Below, in pieces: positions 41,303 through 51,197 of a stretch of 64,000 nt of DNA (position 1 is the first letter of the stretch; every line of letters begins with the position of its first letter). The stretch covers positions 4,256 through 68,255 of the forward strand of contig CAZUVH010000006.1 in the NCBI GenBank assembly GCA_964623775.1, written 5' to 3'. Source of the stretch: an uncultured Candidatus Saccharibacteria bacterium (GTDB lineage: Bacteria; Patescibacteriota; Minisyncoccia; Phycocordibacterales; UBA2100). Position numbers and translations under genes: made by a program. The notes under the pieces are model-generated. The model saw only the letters and a list, made by a program, of their open reading frames with translations. It ran no database searches and was not told the DNA's origin.

Positions 41303-41767
41303 ATGGCAATCGAATCGGGCTATGGGGTGTTTGGATCGCAAAGAATACCGCATTACTGGGGCGACGTCGTGCGAGTGCTTTTCGTCACTTCTGCGGCACT
41401 TTCAATAATTGCAATCCCGCTTTTGGGCGATCTACTGCCGTTTGGATCTTTTTTTGAAATCATACTAGCGGTCGCGCTCGTGATCTTGGCCGCCCTCACA
41501 AATCCGCATAGCCGTTCGATCATGACGGCAAATGCAATTCTCGCTGGCATCGGCGTAGTCGTCTACGAGCAAGCTGCGGTCTCGCTCTACTCGACCGACT
41601 CTTTTCCTCTCTTTATCGCTCGCGAAGCAGTCGCGCTCATGCTTCTTTTTGCACTCTACTACAGTGCCAAGACACTGCGCTCCATGATGCTGCGCAAGAT
41701 AGGGCGCGGAGATGCGTTTGGTGAATTTGTCGAGACCGAGGTAGAGAGTGATACGACGGAGGACTGA
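41303..41767 (+). CDS. Four-TM hypothetical membrane protein
   Basis: Hydrophobic helices; TATCAT upstream of ATG. Confidence 0.72.
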   Translation: MAIESGYGVFGSQRIPHYWGDVVRVLFVTSAALSIIAIPLLGDLLPFGSFFEIILAVALVILAALTNPHSRSIMTANAILAGIGVVVYEQAAVSLYSTDSFPLFIAREAVALMLLFALYYSAKTLRSMMLRKIGRGDAFGEFVETEVESDTTED

Positions 41768-41833
41768 TCAAAGCTCGAATCAATAGATGTGGATGTGACT
41801 AAATCCCCGCAGTCTATGGGGTAAAATACAGCA

Positions 41834-43147
41834 ATGATTCCCCCGAAGTTTGTTGCGCTCGCACTCGTCTTCGTCACGCTTATTTCTGGAGGTGTGTACG
41901 GTTCTTACACGTACGTGACACCTGCAAAGCAGCAAGAGGTCACTGTTCAGTATGCGACTCCCGAGGAATCGGATGTGTACGTGCGTTTCGGCATGGAAGC
42001 GTACGATTCAATACTTAAAAATTATTGGAAGAAAGTATCGGAGGCTGATCTCGCTCAGCTTTTTCAGCAGTCTCTCCAAAAAGCCACCAGTTCCTCGACG
42101 CCACTCTCGAGCCCCGACAGGGCGGGCACGGCAAAAATGCTGCATCAGGGATTTGGTGCCGTCGCGGAGGGTGCAAAAAAGGAGCTCGCGATCAATACAC
42201 TCATCGTCGCGCTCTATAATTTGCCGCCGGTCGGCCGAGCGCAGCTCCTTTCTGCCAAGCAGGAGACGACGCTTCGTCAGGAGGTGAGCAATGTCAATCC
42301 GAATAAGGATTTGTATGCAGATGTGGGCGCGGCAAGTGGTGCGACGGTCGAGGATGTTAAGGCTGCATTCATCGAAAAGAAAGAAGAGCTCGAGAAAAAG
42401 GATACCGAGGAGGCAAAGCAGCAGCTCGCGCAGGCTAAATACGCGTACGATGTCCTCACGAAAGACGAGACCAAGACACGATACGACGTGGCAAAAATCG
42501 AACCCACCATTTTCACGCGTCAGATAGGGACGACGCTCTACCTCTATATTGAAAAGATGTCGCCAACGACACTCGATGAATTCATAAGCGCGGTCAATGA
42601 GGGTGCGAAAAATAAGACGACAAGCCTCATCATCGACATGCGCGGCAATATCGGCGGGTCGCTCGATATCGCGCCATCGTTCATCGGATTATTTGAGGGA
42701 CAAAATTCGTATACCTTCGATCTTTTTCATCAAGATGATTATCAGGTGCTGAGGTCGCCCGCGCCGAAGCTCGATTCGCTCGCGCAATTTCAAGAAGTCG
42801 CCGTGTTGACCGATGGCATGACACAATCGACCGCCGAGGTGATCACCGCAGCTCTGCGCCGTTTCAATATCGCGCATGTCGTCGGTGCGACGACGCGTGG
42901 GTGGGGGACTGTCGAGAATACATTCCCACTTTCCACCGAAATCGATCCCACCGAGAAGTACACGATGCTCCTCGTGCACAGCCTCACGCTGCGGGATGAC
43001 AATCAACCGATTGAAAGCCGTGGTGTCGATCCCGATATCGCAATCAGTAACCCAAATTGGCGCACTGAATTGGTCAAATACTTCAGGTCCACCAGTTTTA
43101 TAGAGGTGATTCGCTCCGTGGCGACAAAACCGCCCCTAAAAGGCTAG
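41834..43147 (+). CDS. S41-family peptidase-like protein with J-domain-like insert
   Basis: LIIDMRGNIGGSL, TQSTAEV, VVGATTRGWG, GVDPDI; KDLYADVG..AYDVL..K.RYD. Confidence 0.75.
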   Translation: MIPPKFVALALVFVTLISGGVYGSYTYVTPAKQQEVTVQYATPEESDVYVRFGMEAYDSILKNYWKKVSEADLAQLFQQSLQKATSSSTPLSSPDRAGTAKMLHQGFGAVAEGAKKELAINTLIVALYNLPPVGRAQLLSAKQETTLRQEVSNVNPNKDLYADVGAASGATVEDVKAAFIEKKEELEKKDTEEAKQQLAQAKYAYDVLTKDETKTRYDVAKIEPTIFTRQIGTTLYLYIEKMSPTTLDEFISAVNEGAKNKTTSLIIDMRGNIGGSLDIAPSFIGLFEGQNSYTFDLFHQDDYQVLRSPAPKLDSLAQFQEVAVLTDGMTQSTAEVITAALRRFNIAHVVGATTRGWGTVENTFPLSTEIDPTEKYTMLLVHSLTLRDDNQPIESRGVDPDIAISNPNWRTELVKYFRSTSFIEVIRSVATKPPLKG

Positions 43148-43243
43148 CCCTTGCATCCTCGCAAAAATAGTGGCATAGTGCACGCATTAAGAGCGGCAAA
43201 ATCACCATTTTAAGCCATTATTTAGCCATTTAAGGTATTTATT

Positions 43244-44995
43244 ATGAAGACATTTATCACATTTGTAGCCAGTTTCGTGCTCGTCCTCGGAGCCTCTCCG
43301 GTCTCTGCCCAGACGTTCAATAGTTTCTATAGTGCCGTCAATCCGGGCGTCTGTGCCAATCTCACGAGTGATCTCTCGATTGGCTCGAAAGGCTCTCAGG
43401 TACGCGCCCTCCAAACGTTCCTCGTCGCACAGAATTATTCTGGTGGTGGTAATTGGATGATCACAGGTAATTACGGACAAGCGACAGCAGCTGCGGTGAG
43501 GATTTTTCAGCAGCAACGCGGGTTGCCGATCACGGGGTGGGTGGATGCCGCGACACGTGCCGCGATTAATCAAGCGGGATGTGGCAATAGCTACGGATAC
43601 AACAATTTTAATTTCGGCAACACGTATCCCGACTACAGCTTCCCCAACAATTACTTCTACCCGTACAACTACAATAACTACCCCTATAACAACTACCCGT
43701 ACAACTACAACAACAACTGTGGCGCATATCCGTACTTCTACAGCTGCCAGACGAACACCGGATCTGCCCCGACCATCACATCGCTCTCGAACCAGTACGC
43801 AATGCCGGGGACCTCTGTCACCGTGTATGGCACAGGATTTGATAGTGTAAACAACACTGTATATGTCGGCGGTACCACGCTGCGCAATATTGCTTCCTAC
43901 AACGGCACGACACTTACCTTCGTCGTACCGACAAGCGCGGTTGGCACCGTATCGATCTCAGTCGCCAATACATACGGCACCAGCAATGCACTAACGCTCA
44001 ATACGGGCGTAAATCCTAATACCTGCAACACGTATCCGTATTATCAGTACGGCTACGGCAGCTATTGCCCGCCAGCATCCAACGGCCAGATCAGTATCTA
44101 TCCAGCTTCGGGCGGAGTCGGCACGAACGTTACCGTCTATGGCTGGAATTTCACGCAGACCAACAACACAGTGCGCTTTGGCAACGGCATCATCGCAAAC
44201 CTTAGCTCCAATGATGGCCGTTCGATCTCGTTCACCGTACCCTCCTCGATTTCCGGCTATGGCTACCAGCCGATTGGCTTGGGATCGTACAACGTATCCG
44301 TGACGAATGGCGTGGGTCAAACGAGCGGATCTGTGCCGTTTATGATTACTTCGCTTGGCGGCAGCGGCAACTCGGCAGCTCCGACCATCACGAGTGTCTC
44401 TGGTCCGACGACGATTGCCGTAAACACGCAGGGCACATGGACGCTCCAGATCAACAACAATCAGACCAATTCCTACACGACAACCTCTGTAAACTGGGGT
44501 GATCAGAATGTTTATGGCGCCGCACTCTCCGCGAATCAGACGACGTACGCGCAGGGGAGTCAGTCGGTCAGCTTCACGCACACGTACACGACGACGGGCA
44601 CCTACACGATCGTCTTTACGGTGACCGGCGTCAACGGTCTCTCGAATACTTCGAGCGTGACGGTAAATGTGAATGCAAATAATGCCGGCAACGTATCGCT
44701 GACCTCGCTCTCACCGAGCTATGGTCCGATCGGTACGCAAATCATTCTCGTAGGCACTGGTTTCACCAACGACAACACGATTTACTTCGGAATCGGCGGC
44801 AAGCTTCATGTCCCTTCGTTCAACAACGGTACGCTCATGTCGTTCACCGTCCCGCAGTACGTCGCCCCGTGCGATCTCGTACAGCCGGGCCAGGTGTGCA
44901 CTCAAAATATCCAGCAGGTCATGCCGGGTGCGATCCAGGTGAAAGTAGGGAATAGCAACGGCACCTCCCAGACCCTCTACTTTCAGGTGCTGTAA
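43244..44995 (+). CDS. Secreted protein: peptidoglycan-binding domain + Y/N/P-rich linker + IPT/TIG and PKD-like domains
   Basis: Signal peptide; LSIGSKGSQVRALQ..TGNYGQATAAAVRIFQ; GTSVTVYGTGF repeats. Confidence 0.82.
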   Translation: MKTFITFVASFVLVLGASPVSAQTFNSFYSAVNPGVCANLTSDLSIGSKGSQVRALQTFLVAQNYSGGGNWMITGNYGQATAAAVRIFQQQRGLPITGWVDAATRAAINQAGCGNSYGYNNFNFGNTYPDYSFPNNYFYPYNYNNYPYNNYPYNYNNNCGAYPYFYSCQTNTGSAPTITSLSNQYAMPGTSVTVYGTGFDSVNNTVYVGGTTLRNIASYNGTTLTFVVPTSAVGTVSISVANTYGTSNALTLNTGVNPNTCNTYPYYQYGYGSYCPPASNGQISIYPASGGVGTNVTVYGWNFTQTNNTVRFGNGIIANLSSNDGRSISFTVPSSISGYGYQPIGLGSYNVSVTNGVGQTSGSVPFMITSLGGSGNSAAPTITSVSGPTTIAVNTQGTWTLQINNNQTNSYTTTSVNWGDQNVYGAALSANQTTYAQGSQSVSFTHTYTTTGTYTIVFTVTGVNGLSNTSSVTVNVNANNAGNVSLTSLSPSYGPIGTQIILVGTGFTNDNTIYFGIGGKLHVPSFNNGTLMSFTVPQYVAPCDLVQPGQVCTQNIQQVMPGAIQVKVGNSNGTSQTLYFQVL

Positions 44996-45004
44996 AAGTT
45001 CGTA

Positions 45005-45073
45005 GTTCTTTGAAAAAGGATCAGCTGTTTGCCGCAGCGAAAAGCACCCATACGGGTTCTTCTCGCTGCGGCA
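45005..45073 (+). promoter_or_regulatory. Conserved structured leader of DGR target 2
   Basis: gttctttgaaa plus 11-bp stem tgccgcagcga/tcgctgcggca; covaries with 50381-50447. Confidence 0.7.
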
Positions 45074-45114
45074 CAACCATTCTGGTAAAGCCGCGCAACA
45101 GAAGGAGACCCATT

Positions 45115-45798
45115 ATGGGGAGCCTCATTACTGAGACGCCGTTTTCGGAAATTACGGCAACACTCGAAGTCTTGGACCGCCACGGAGTGGGACGAGATCA
45201 TCTGAAGAAATTTCGTGCAGCGTCGTCGGGAGTGCAGGGACATATCGCCCTTATCCTGAAGACGGCTGACACGTGCACAATGATTTCGAGCACGAACACG
45301 TATACGAGCGATAACTCGAAGCCCAAGAAACTCCTCGTATCTGTTCGCTCGTTCAGGGCACCGGGCGCCAAGAAATTTGTTGCCATGAAGCAATTCCACA
45401 TCAGAATTTCTACGGACGCACGCGTGCGTATCTCGCGTCTCGGCGCCAACTTCATGACGAATTTTTTCGAGAAGACTGAGGCCGACGTTGCCGAATGCGT
45501 GCTCAAGCTTAAGCAGCTTCGTCAGGCTTCACTCGACACTCCGATCATCATGGAGCAAGGTGGCGAGAAGAAGGCCGAAATCAACCTGTGTGAATACTAC
45601 GAGACACTCGCGTATAAGCAGGCGATTCGTGACTTTTCGCGCTTGGTTGCCCATATCCGCGCTGTGGACGGCGGTCTCATGGCGGTCGCTGCTCACTGGG
45701 GCACTGAAGGCTTTGGTGGTGATGGATGGATCATCGAGGCCTTCCCGGTTGGCAATCCGCACGGCTGGAATGCTGGCAACGAGTTCGTCTCTCGCTAA
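45115..45798 (+). CDS. Remote DGR target protein (paralog of 50501..51121)
   Basis: AAGGAGA SD; last 41 nt match TR except at two TR adenines; C-terminal about 150 aa clearly homologous to target 1. Confidence 0.85.
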   Translation: MGSLITETPFSEITATLEVLDRHGVGRDHLKKFRAASSGVQGHIALILKTADTCTMISSTNTYTSDNSKPKKLLVSVRSFRAPGAKKFVAMKQFHIRISTDARVRISRLGANFMTNFFEKTEADVAECVLKLKQLRQASLDTPIIMEQGGEKKAEINLCEYYETLAYKQAIRDFSRLVAHIRAVDGGLMAVAAHWGTEGFGGDGWIIEAFPVGNPHGWNAGNEFVSR

Positions 45799-45827
45799 TT
45801 CTATAGCTCTCTGATTTTGACCTTTCG

Positions 45828-45880
45828 ACCCTTCGAATCTTTGTCACTTTGACGAAATTCGGAGGGTTTTTATTTTTTTT
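45828..45880 (+). terminator. Post-VR hairpin + T run (DGR cis element and/or terminator)
   Basis: acccttcgaat-ctttgtca-ctt-tgacgaa-attcggagggt, same position as 51151-51190. Confidence 0.72.
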
Positions 45881-45899
45881 ACTTTGCTATACTCCACGC

Positions 45900-46157
45900 A
45901 TGGATCCTAATAAAGTAGCGAAGCAGTTTTGCGACAATATATCAGTAGCGTTCTCACAGGAGTTTTTTGTCATGGGTATGCTCACCGGCGAAAATGGCAT
46001 TACGTACGCGCTCACGCCGCAGCACATGAAGCGTCTCGCGCAATATCTGAGTCATCAGATTACGGATTACGAAAAGGCGTTTGGTGAGATCAAGGCGGAG
46101 TGGAAGCCGGGTGTGCAGAGCCCCATCCAGACCAAGGATGTGATGGGCGGCAAGTAA
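45900..46157 (+). CDS. Small conserved-looking hypothetical protein
   Basis: YALTPQHMKRL..YEKAFGEI; TATACT 7 nt upstream. Confidence 0.75.
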   Translation: MDPNKVAKQFCDNISVAFSQEFFVMGMLTGENGITYALTPQHMKRLAQYLSHQITDYEKAFGEIKAEWKPGVQSPIQTKDVMGGK

Positions 46158-46265
46158 GCTTGCAAAGCAATCTTTTTGCGTCTTTGCTCGGACGAAATGA
46201 AAATTGATTTTCATTTCGCATCCTCGCTAGCCGCAATGACCGAAAATGATACGATACTGCTATCT

Positions 46266-46910
46266 ATGCGCGCGCGACTCATACTCGCAGTCGTAGGACT
46301 TCTCGCGATTGCAGCCGCCTTGATCATTGGTGCGTTTGGCATGCGTCTCGCGATGTCGCCCTACATGTACACCTCCCTTGATTCCGTGCCCCATGCAAAA
46401 GCGGCACTTATACTCGGCGCATCAGTCCAGCGAGGCTTGCCGTCACCCATCCTCGCCAATCGTGCAAATGCCGCGATCGTGCTGTATAAGGCTGGCAAAG
46501 TCGAAAAGATACTGGTGACCGGCGACGATGGTCAGTACGATTACGATGAAGTTACTCCCGTCCGAAAGTACCTTGTAGACGCCGGTATTGCAGAAGAAGA
46601 TATTTTTCTCGATCACGCAGGTTTCGATACATACAGCAGTATGTATCGCGCTCGCGATATTTTCGGTGTTGAGTCGATGATTGTCGTGACACAGGATTTC
46701 CATATGCCGCGATCTCTTTTTCTTGCGCGGCGTCTCGGCATCACCGCATATGGATACCTCGCTCCACACGAAGGAGGATATGCACGCACCTACCTTCGCG
46801 AAATTCCGGCATCGCTGAAAGCATATCTCGATCTTTTTACGCACCGCTTGCCTCGTTTTCTCGGAGATCAGATCCCACTCTCAGGGAGCGGTACGACCAC
46901 ATGGTATTGA
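46266..46910 (+). CDS. SanA/ElyC (DUF218) family protein
   Basis: ALILGA, ILVTGD, DHAGFDTYSSM, VTQDFHMPR. Confidence 0.88.
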   Translation: MRARLILAVVGLLAIAAALIIGAFGMRLAMSPYMYTSLDSVPHAKAALILGASVQRGLPSPILANRANAAIVLYKAGKVEKILVTGDDGQYDYDEVTPVRKYLVDAGIAEEDIFLDHAGFDTYSSMYRARDIFGVESMIVVTQDFHMPRSLFLARRLGITAYGYLAPHEGGYARTYLREIPASLKAYLDLFTHRLPRFLGDQIPLSGSGTTTWY

Positions 46911-46950
46911 AATAATTGTAGTACTCGTCCGTCTACGCTACTATCAGGAT

Positions 46951-48453
46951 ATGAAACGTTTGTTGATTGTTGCTATGGCGATTGTTTTTTCGATGCCCGC
47001 GAGCGTCGCCGCGGCACCTCTTGAGTTTGAAGTGACGGGGTGGTTGCCGTACTGGCGAGCTTCCTCGAGTACCAAAGATGTGATGCCGCACCTCGATCTT
47101 CTTACTGAAGTAAATCCGTTCGTCTATACACTCAAGAACGACGGCACGCTTGTCGATAACGGTAGACTCGAAGAGGAGCCATGGGCGAGTTTCATTGCTG
47201 CCGCAAAAGCCAAAAAAGTGCGCGTCATCCCGACGATCATGTCAGGCAGTGGCGAGACGCTTCACCGCATATTGAGCGATACAAAATCGCGCATCGCACT
47301 TGAGGATGCGATCGCCGCCGAGGTAAAGGCCAAGGGGTACGACGGCATTGATATTGATTTCGAGGGCAAGCGCGCCGAGACCCGCGATTACTTCTCACTT
47401 TTTTTGAAGGGCCTCTACCAACGTATGGGCAACAAATGGGTCATGTGCACGATCGAATCGCGCACGCCGATCGATGATCGATACTATGGTGCCGAAACTC
47501 CGTCCGACGCGACAATCTATGCCAATGATTTCAAGGAGATCAATAAATACTGCGATCGTGTGCGCATCATGGCGTACGATCAGCAGGGGATCGATCAGTC
47601 GCTCACATCTCTGGCCGAAAAGTCCTCACAGCTTTATGCGCCTGTCGCGGACCCGCGCTGGGTAAGGAAGACGGTCGAAGTCGCCTCGAAAAATATCGCA
47701 AAAAGCAAAATACTCATCGGTATTCCGACATACGGATATGAGTACGAGGTTACCGCGTATGCAGGCAATCAATACATGTACGATATTCTTTGGACATTCA
47801 ATCCCGGCTGGGCGTATCAGCTCATGGCAAAGTACGGTGTCACAGCTGAGCGCAACGCTGCGGGCGAAATGCACTTCACGTATACGCCGAATCCCAACGA
47901 AAGTTCCATGGTGCCGCGCACTCCGACGCCGAATTCTGCTATGGTCGCAGCGATGGCGGCAAGCATGGTCGCGACGCAAGGCAACACAAATCTGAAATTT
48001 AGGCTTGTCGATTGGCCGGATGCACAATCGATTGCGGGTAAAATTGAGCTCGCAGAAATGCTTGGCGTACGCGGTGTCTCGATATTCAAAATGGATGGCG
48101 GCGAAGATCAGGGTATGTGGAAGGTGCTTGTGGGCGTCAAAGGCAGCCCTGTCGCTGCATCTGCTGCACCGCGCAGTACGATAAGTTCGATCACGAGTGA
48201 GCTCGAGCTCGGCGATAAGGGAGAAGATGTTCGTCGTTTGCAGGTCGCGCTCAACTCCGACCCCGCGACGCGTGTAGCCGCAAGCGGACTCGGCTCAAAA
48301 GGCAAAGAGAGCACGTACTTTGGCCCTGCTACACAGGCGGCTGTAAAGAAATTGCAGGAGAAATACAATATCGTCCGTCCCGGACAGACAGGCTACGGTC
48401 GCGTCGGCCCCTCGACCAAGATGCGCATCAATGCGATCCTTGATACGCTCTAA
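46951..48453 (+). CDS. GH18 glycoside hydrolase + C-terminal peptidoglycan-binding domain
   Basis: YDGIDIDFE catalytic motif, IMAYD, GIPTYGY; LELGDKGEDVRRLQ..FGPATQAAVKKLQ. Confidence 0.87.
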   Translation: MKRLLIVAMAIVFSMPASVAAAPLEFEVTGWLPYWRASSSTKDVMPHLDLLTEVNPFVYTLKNDGTLVDNGRLEEEPWASFIAAAKAKKVRVIPTIMSGSGETLHRILSDTKSRIALEDAIAAEVKAKGYDGIDIDFEGKRAETRDYFSLFLKGLYQRMGNKWVMCTIESRTPIDDRYYGAETPSDATIYANDFKEINKYCDRVRIMAYDQQGIDQSLTSLAEKSSQLYAPVADPRWVRKTVEVASKNIAKSKILIGIPTYGYEYEVTAYAGNQYMYDILWTFNPGWAYQLMAKYGVTAERNAAGEMHFTYTPNPNESSMVPRTPTPNSAMVAAMAASMVATQGNTNLKFRLVDWPDAQSIAGKIELAEMLGVRGVSIFKMDGGEDQGMWKVLVGVKGSPVAASAAPRSTISSITSELELGDKGEDVRRLQVALNSDPATRVAASGLGSKGKESTYFGPATQAAVKKLQEKYNIVRPGQTGYGRVGPSTKMRINAILDTL

Positions 48454-48517
48454 CTTGAAATTCGGCATTTTTTCTGTATAGTTGCACTGAAGCCCTCGGG
48501 GCTTTTCTCATTTACGT

Positions 48518-50302
48518 ATGGAAATCCGCAATATTGCTATTATCGCGCACGTCGACCACGGTAAGACAACCCTTACCGATGCTGTTTTGCGTCAAACGGG
48601 TGCGGCCGAAGAGGGGGTATCGATGGACTCCAATGACCTTGAACGCGAGCGCGGCATCACGATCTATTCCAAGAATGCTGCCATTTTCTATAAAGACACC
48701 AAAATTAATCTGGTTGATACACCCGGTCACTCCGACTTTGGTTCGGAAGTAGAGCGTGTCTTACGCAGTATCGACTGCGTGCTGCTTGTCGTTGATGCTC
48801 AGGAAGGTCCGATGCCACAGACACGATTCGTCCTCAAGAAATCTCTTGAGTTGGGGATCAAGCCAATCGTGGTGATCAACAAGATAGACAAGCCGGCAGC
48901 TGATCCTGCGCGCGCCGAAGAGCAGGTGCTCGAACTTTTCCTTGAACTCGGCGCGTCTGATGCTCAGTCCGACTTTCCCGTTGTGTACACGATCGGGAAG
49001 CAGGGAATTGCCAAATTGAAGCTCACCGATGAGTCCAAGGACCTGACGCCGCTCTTGGACATGATCCTGAAGCACGTGCCGCCAGCTGCCCCGGAAGGTT
49101 CCGATAACAAGCCTGTTCGCGCGCAACCTTTTAATCTCGCGTACGACAATTACCTTGGACGCCTCGCGATCGTTCGCATGTACGAAGGTGTCCTCAAGAC
49201 GGGCGATGCGGTCTTCGAAAAAACGGCTGCAGGGACAACGCGCAACGGCAAAATCACCAAGATGTTCACTTTCAAGGGATTATTGCGAGTCGAGACACCG
49301 GAAGTAGGGCCCGGTGATATCGCGATGATCGCGGGCCTACCCGATACATTTATCGGAGAGACGATCACGACTGATGCGGGGGCGGAGCCGCTTCCTGCGA
49401 TTGCGATTGATGAGCCGACGATCACGCTCAATTTCTTGGTCAACAATTCTCCATTTGCAGGTCGTGAAGGCAAATTTGTCACGACTCGTCAGATCCGCGA
49501 ACGACTTGAGCGCGAGCTCGAAGTTAACGTCGGTCTACGAGTCGATCTCGATAAAGGAGATGTCTTCCATGTTTCCGGCCGTGGCGAATTACATATCGCT
49601 ATTCTGCTCGAAAACATGCGTCGCGAGGGCTACGAAATGCAGGTCTCGCAGCCGCAGGTCATTTTCCATGAAGAAAATGGAGAGAGGCACGAGCCATACG
49701 AAGAGGTCATCGTTGATACCCCGCAAGAATATCAAGGCGCGATCATTGAGCGCCTCGGCACACGTAAATTCATCATGAAAGACATGAAAGTGCACGAGAA
49801 TCAGGTGCGACTCACCTTTGAAGGTCCGACACGTGGATTGCTCGGCTACCGCAATCAATTTGTTCTTGATACAAAAGGTGAGGGTATCATGTCTTCGCGC
49901 GTCGTAGGCTTCAAGCCGTTTGCAGGGGAGATCAAGAAGAAGCAGGTAGGCTCCATGATCTCGATGGCGACCGGCAAAGCACTCGGCTTTTCTCTGTGGA
50001 ATCTTCAGGATCGCGGCGTACTTTACATTCCGGCTGCGACTGAGGTATATGAAGGCATGGTCATCGGCAACACCTCTAAGGGTGAAGAAATGACCGTCAA
50101 CCCGACCAAGAACAAGAATCTCACCAACGTCCGTTCATCCGGCACAGACGAGGCGCTCACACTCATCCCTCCTTTCCAGCTTACGATCGAACGCGGCCTC
50201 GAGGTCATGGCAGAAGACGAATATTTGGAGATCACACCGGTCTCCGTTCGCCTGCGCAAACAGCAGCTTACCGAAAACGACCGTACACGCGCCCGCCGGT
50301 AA
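48518..50302 (+). CDS. typA: Translational GTPase TypA/BipA
   Basis: [43 protein letters not shown]. Confidence 0.96.
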   Translation: MEIRNIAIIAHVDHGKTTLTDAVLRQTGAAEEGVSMDSNDLERERGITIYSKNAAIFYKDTKINLVDTPGHSDFGSEVERVLRSIDCVLLVVDAQEGPMPQTRFVLKKSLELGIKPIVVINKIDKPAADPARAEEQVLELFLELGASDAQSDFPVVYTIGKQGIAKLKLTDESKDLTPLLDMILKHVPPAAPEGSDNKPVRAQPFNLAYDNYLGRLAIVRMYEGVLKTGDAVFEKTAAGTTRNGKITKMFTFKGLLRVETPEVGPGDIAMIAGLPDTFIGETITTDAGAEPLPAIAIDEPTITLNFLVNNSPFAGREGKFVTTRQIRERLERELEVNVGLRVDLDKGDVFHVSGRGELHIAILLENMRREGYEMQVSQPQVIFHEENGERHEPYEEVIVDTPQEYQGAIIERLGTRKFIMKDMKVHENQVRLTFEGPTRGLLGYRNQFVLDTKGEGIMSSRVVGFKPFAGEIKKKQVGSMISMATGKALGFSLWNLQDRGVLYIPAATEVYEGMVIGNTSKGEEMTVNPTKNKNLTNVRSSGTDEALTLIPPFQLTIERGLEVMAEDEYLEITPVSVRLRKQQLTENDRTRARR

Positions 50303-50345
50303 GGAATAGCATATTTTGTGGCTCTAAATCTGGTTTGAATGGAGC

Positions 50346-50447
50346 TTGCTTTTTGTATGAAAAGTAGTATAATACCAACGGTTCTTTGAAAGTGATTTGC
50401 CACAGCAGAAAGCAGCTTATTTTAAGCATTTTTCTGCTGTGGCGAAT
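50346..50447 (+). promoter_or_regulatory. Promoter and structured leader of DGR target 1
   Basis: TTGCTT-N16-TATAAT; gttctttgaaa; 13-bp stem gccacagcagaaa/tttctgctgtggc with inner hairpin. Confidence 0.7.
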
Positions 50448-50500
50448 CCGATAGGATTGGCTAGAACAGCGGCTGTAAACCCACTCAAAAGGAGAATACC

Positions 50501-51121
50501 ATGAGTGAACAACAGATCGCCAAGCTCGCTGGTAAGATTGTCGAGCATCAAACGTTCCTCAGCGCACTCTCAACCGATGACGCCCAGTGGGCGATCATGA
50601 ACCCGAAGGACGCGATTGCGATCTTCTGCGAAGCGGTGAAGAGCCGTACCGAGAAGGTCGTCGAGAAACTCCTCGAATCCGTCGCCTCGTTCAAGGTGCC
50701 GGGCGCCAAGGAGTTCATCGCCAAGAAGCGCTTCGTCGTCGATACCTCCGAGAATGCGCGCGTGCGCATTTCGTGGCTCGGTGGCAACTTCAAGACGAAC
50801 TTCCTCGGGAAGACCGAGACCAATGTCGTCGAATGCGAGCTCAAACTCAAGAAGCTTCGTAAAGCTTCGCTCGATGCTTCCATCATCGTGGAGCAGGGTG
50901 GCGAGGAGAAGGCCGAGATCAGCTTGTGCGAGTACTACGAGACCCTTGCACATAAGCAGGCGACTCGGGACTTCTCGTGGCTTGTCGCGTACATCCGCGA
51001 CGTGAACGGCATCCTCTGGGCAGTCAGTGCCCGCTGGGGCGGTGGCGGCTGGCGCGTCGAGGCCTACTCCGTCGACTACCCGCGCGGCTGGGATGCTGGC
51101 TGCGAGTTCGTCTCTCGCTGA
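50501..51121 (+). CDS. DGR target protein 1 (VR at 51014-51119)
   Basis: AAGGAGA SD; VR matches TR over 106 nt with 17 mismatches, all at TR adenines. Confidence 0.95.
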   Translation: MSEQQIAKLAGKIVEHQTFLSALSTDDAQWAIMNPKDAIAIFCEAVKSRTEKVVEKLLESVASFKVPGAKEFIAKKRFVVDTSENARVRISWLGGNFKTNFLGKTETNVVECELKLKKLRKASLDASIIVEQGGEEKAEISLCEYYETLAHKQATRDFSWLVAYIRDVNGILWAVSARWGGGGWRVEAYSVDYPRGWDAGCEFVSR

Positions 51122-51150
51122 TCCTGTAGTCCTCTGCGTTTGCACCTTTG

Positions 51151-51197
51151 ACCCTCTGAGTCTTTGTCACTTTGACAAAATTTGGAGGGTCTTTTTT
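51151..51197 (+). terminator. Post-VR hairpin + T run (DGR cis element and/or terminator)
   Basis: accctc..tttgtca-ctt-tgacaaa..gagggt, starts 30 nt after the stop. Confidence 0.72.
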
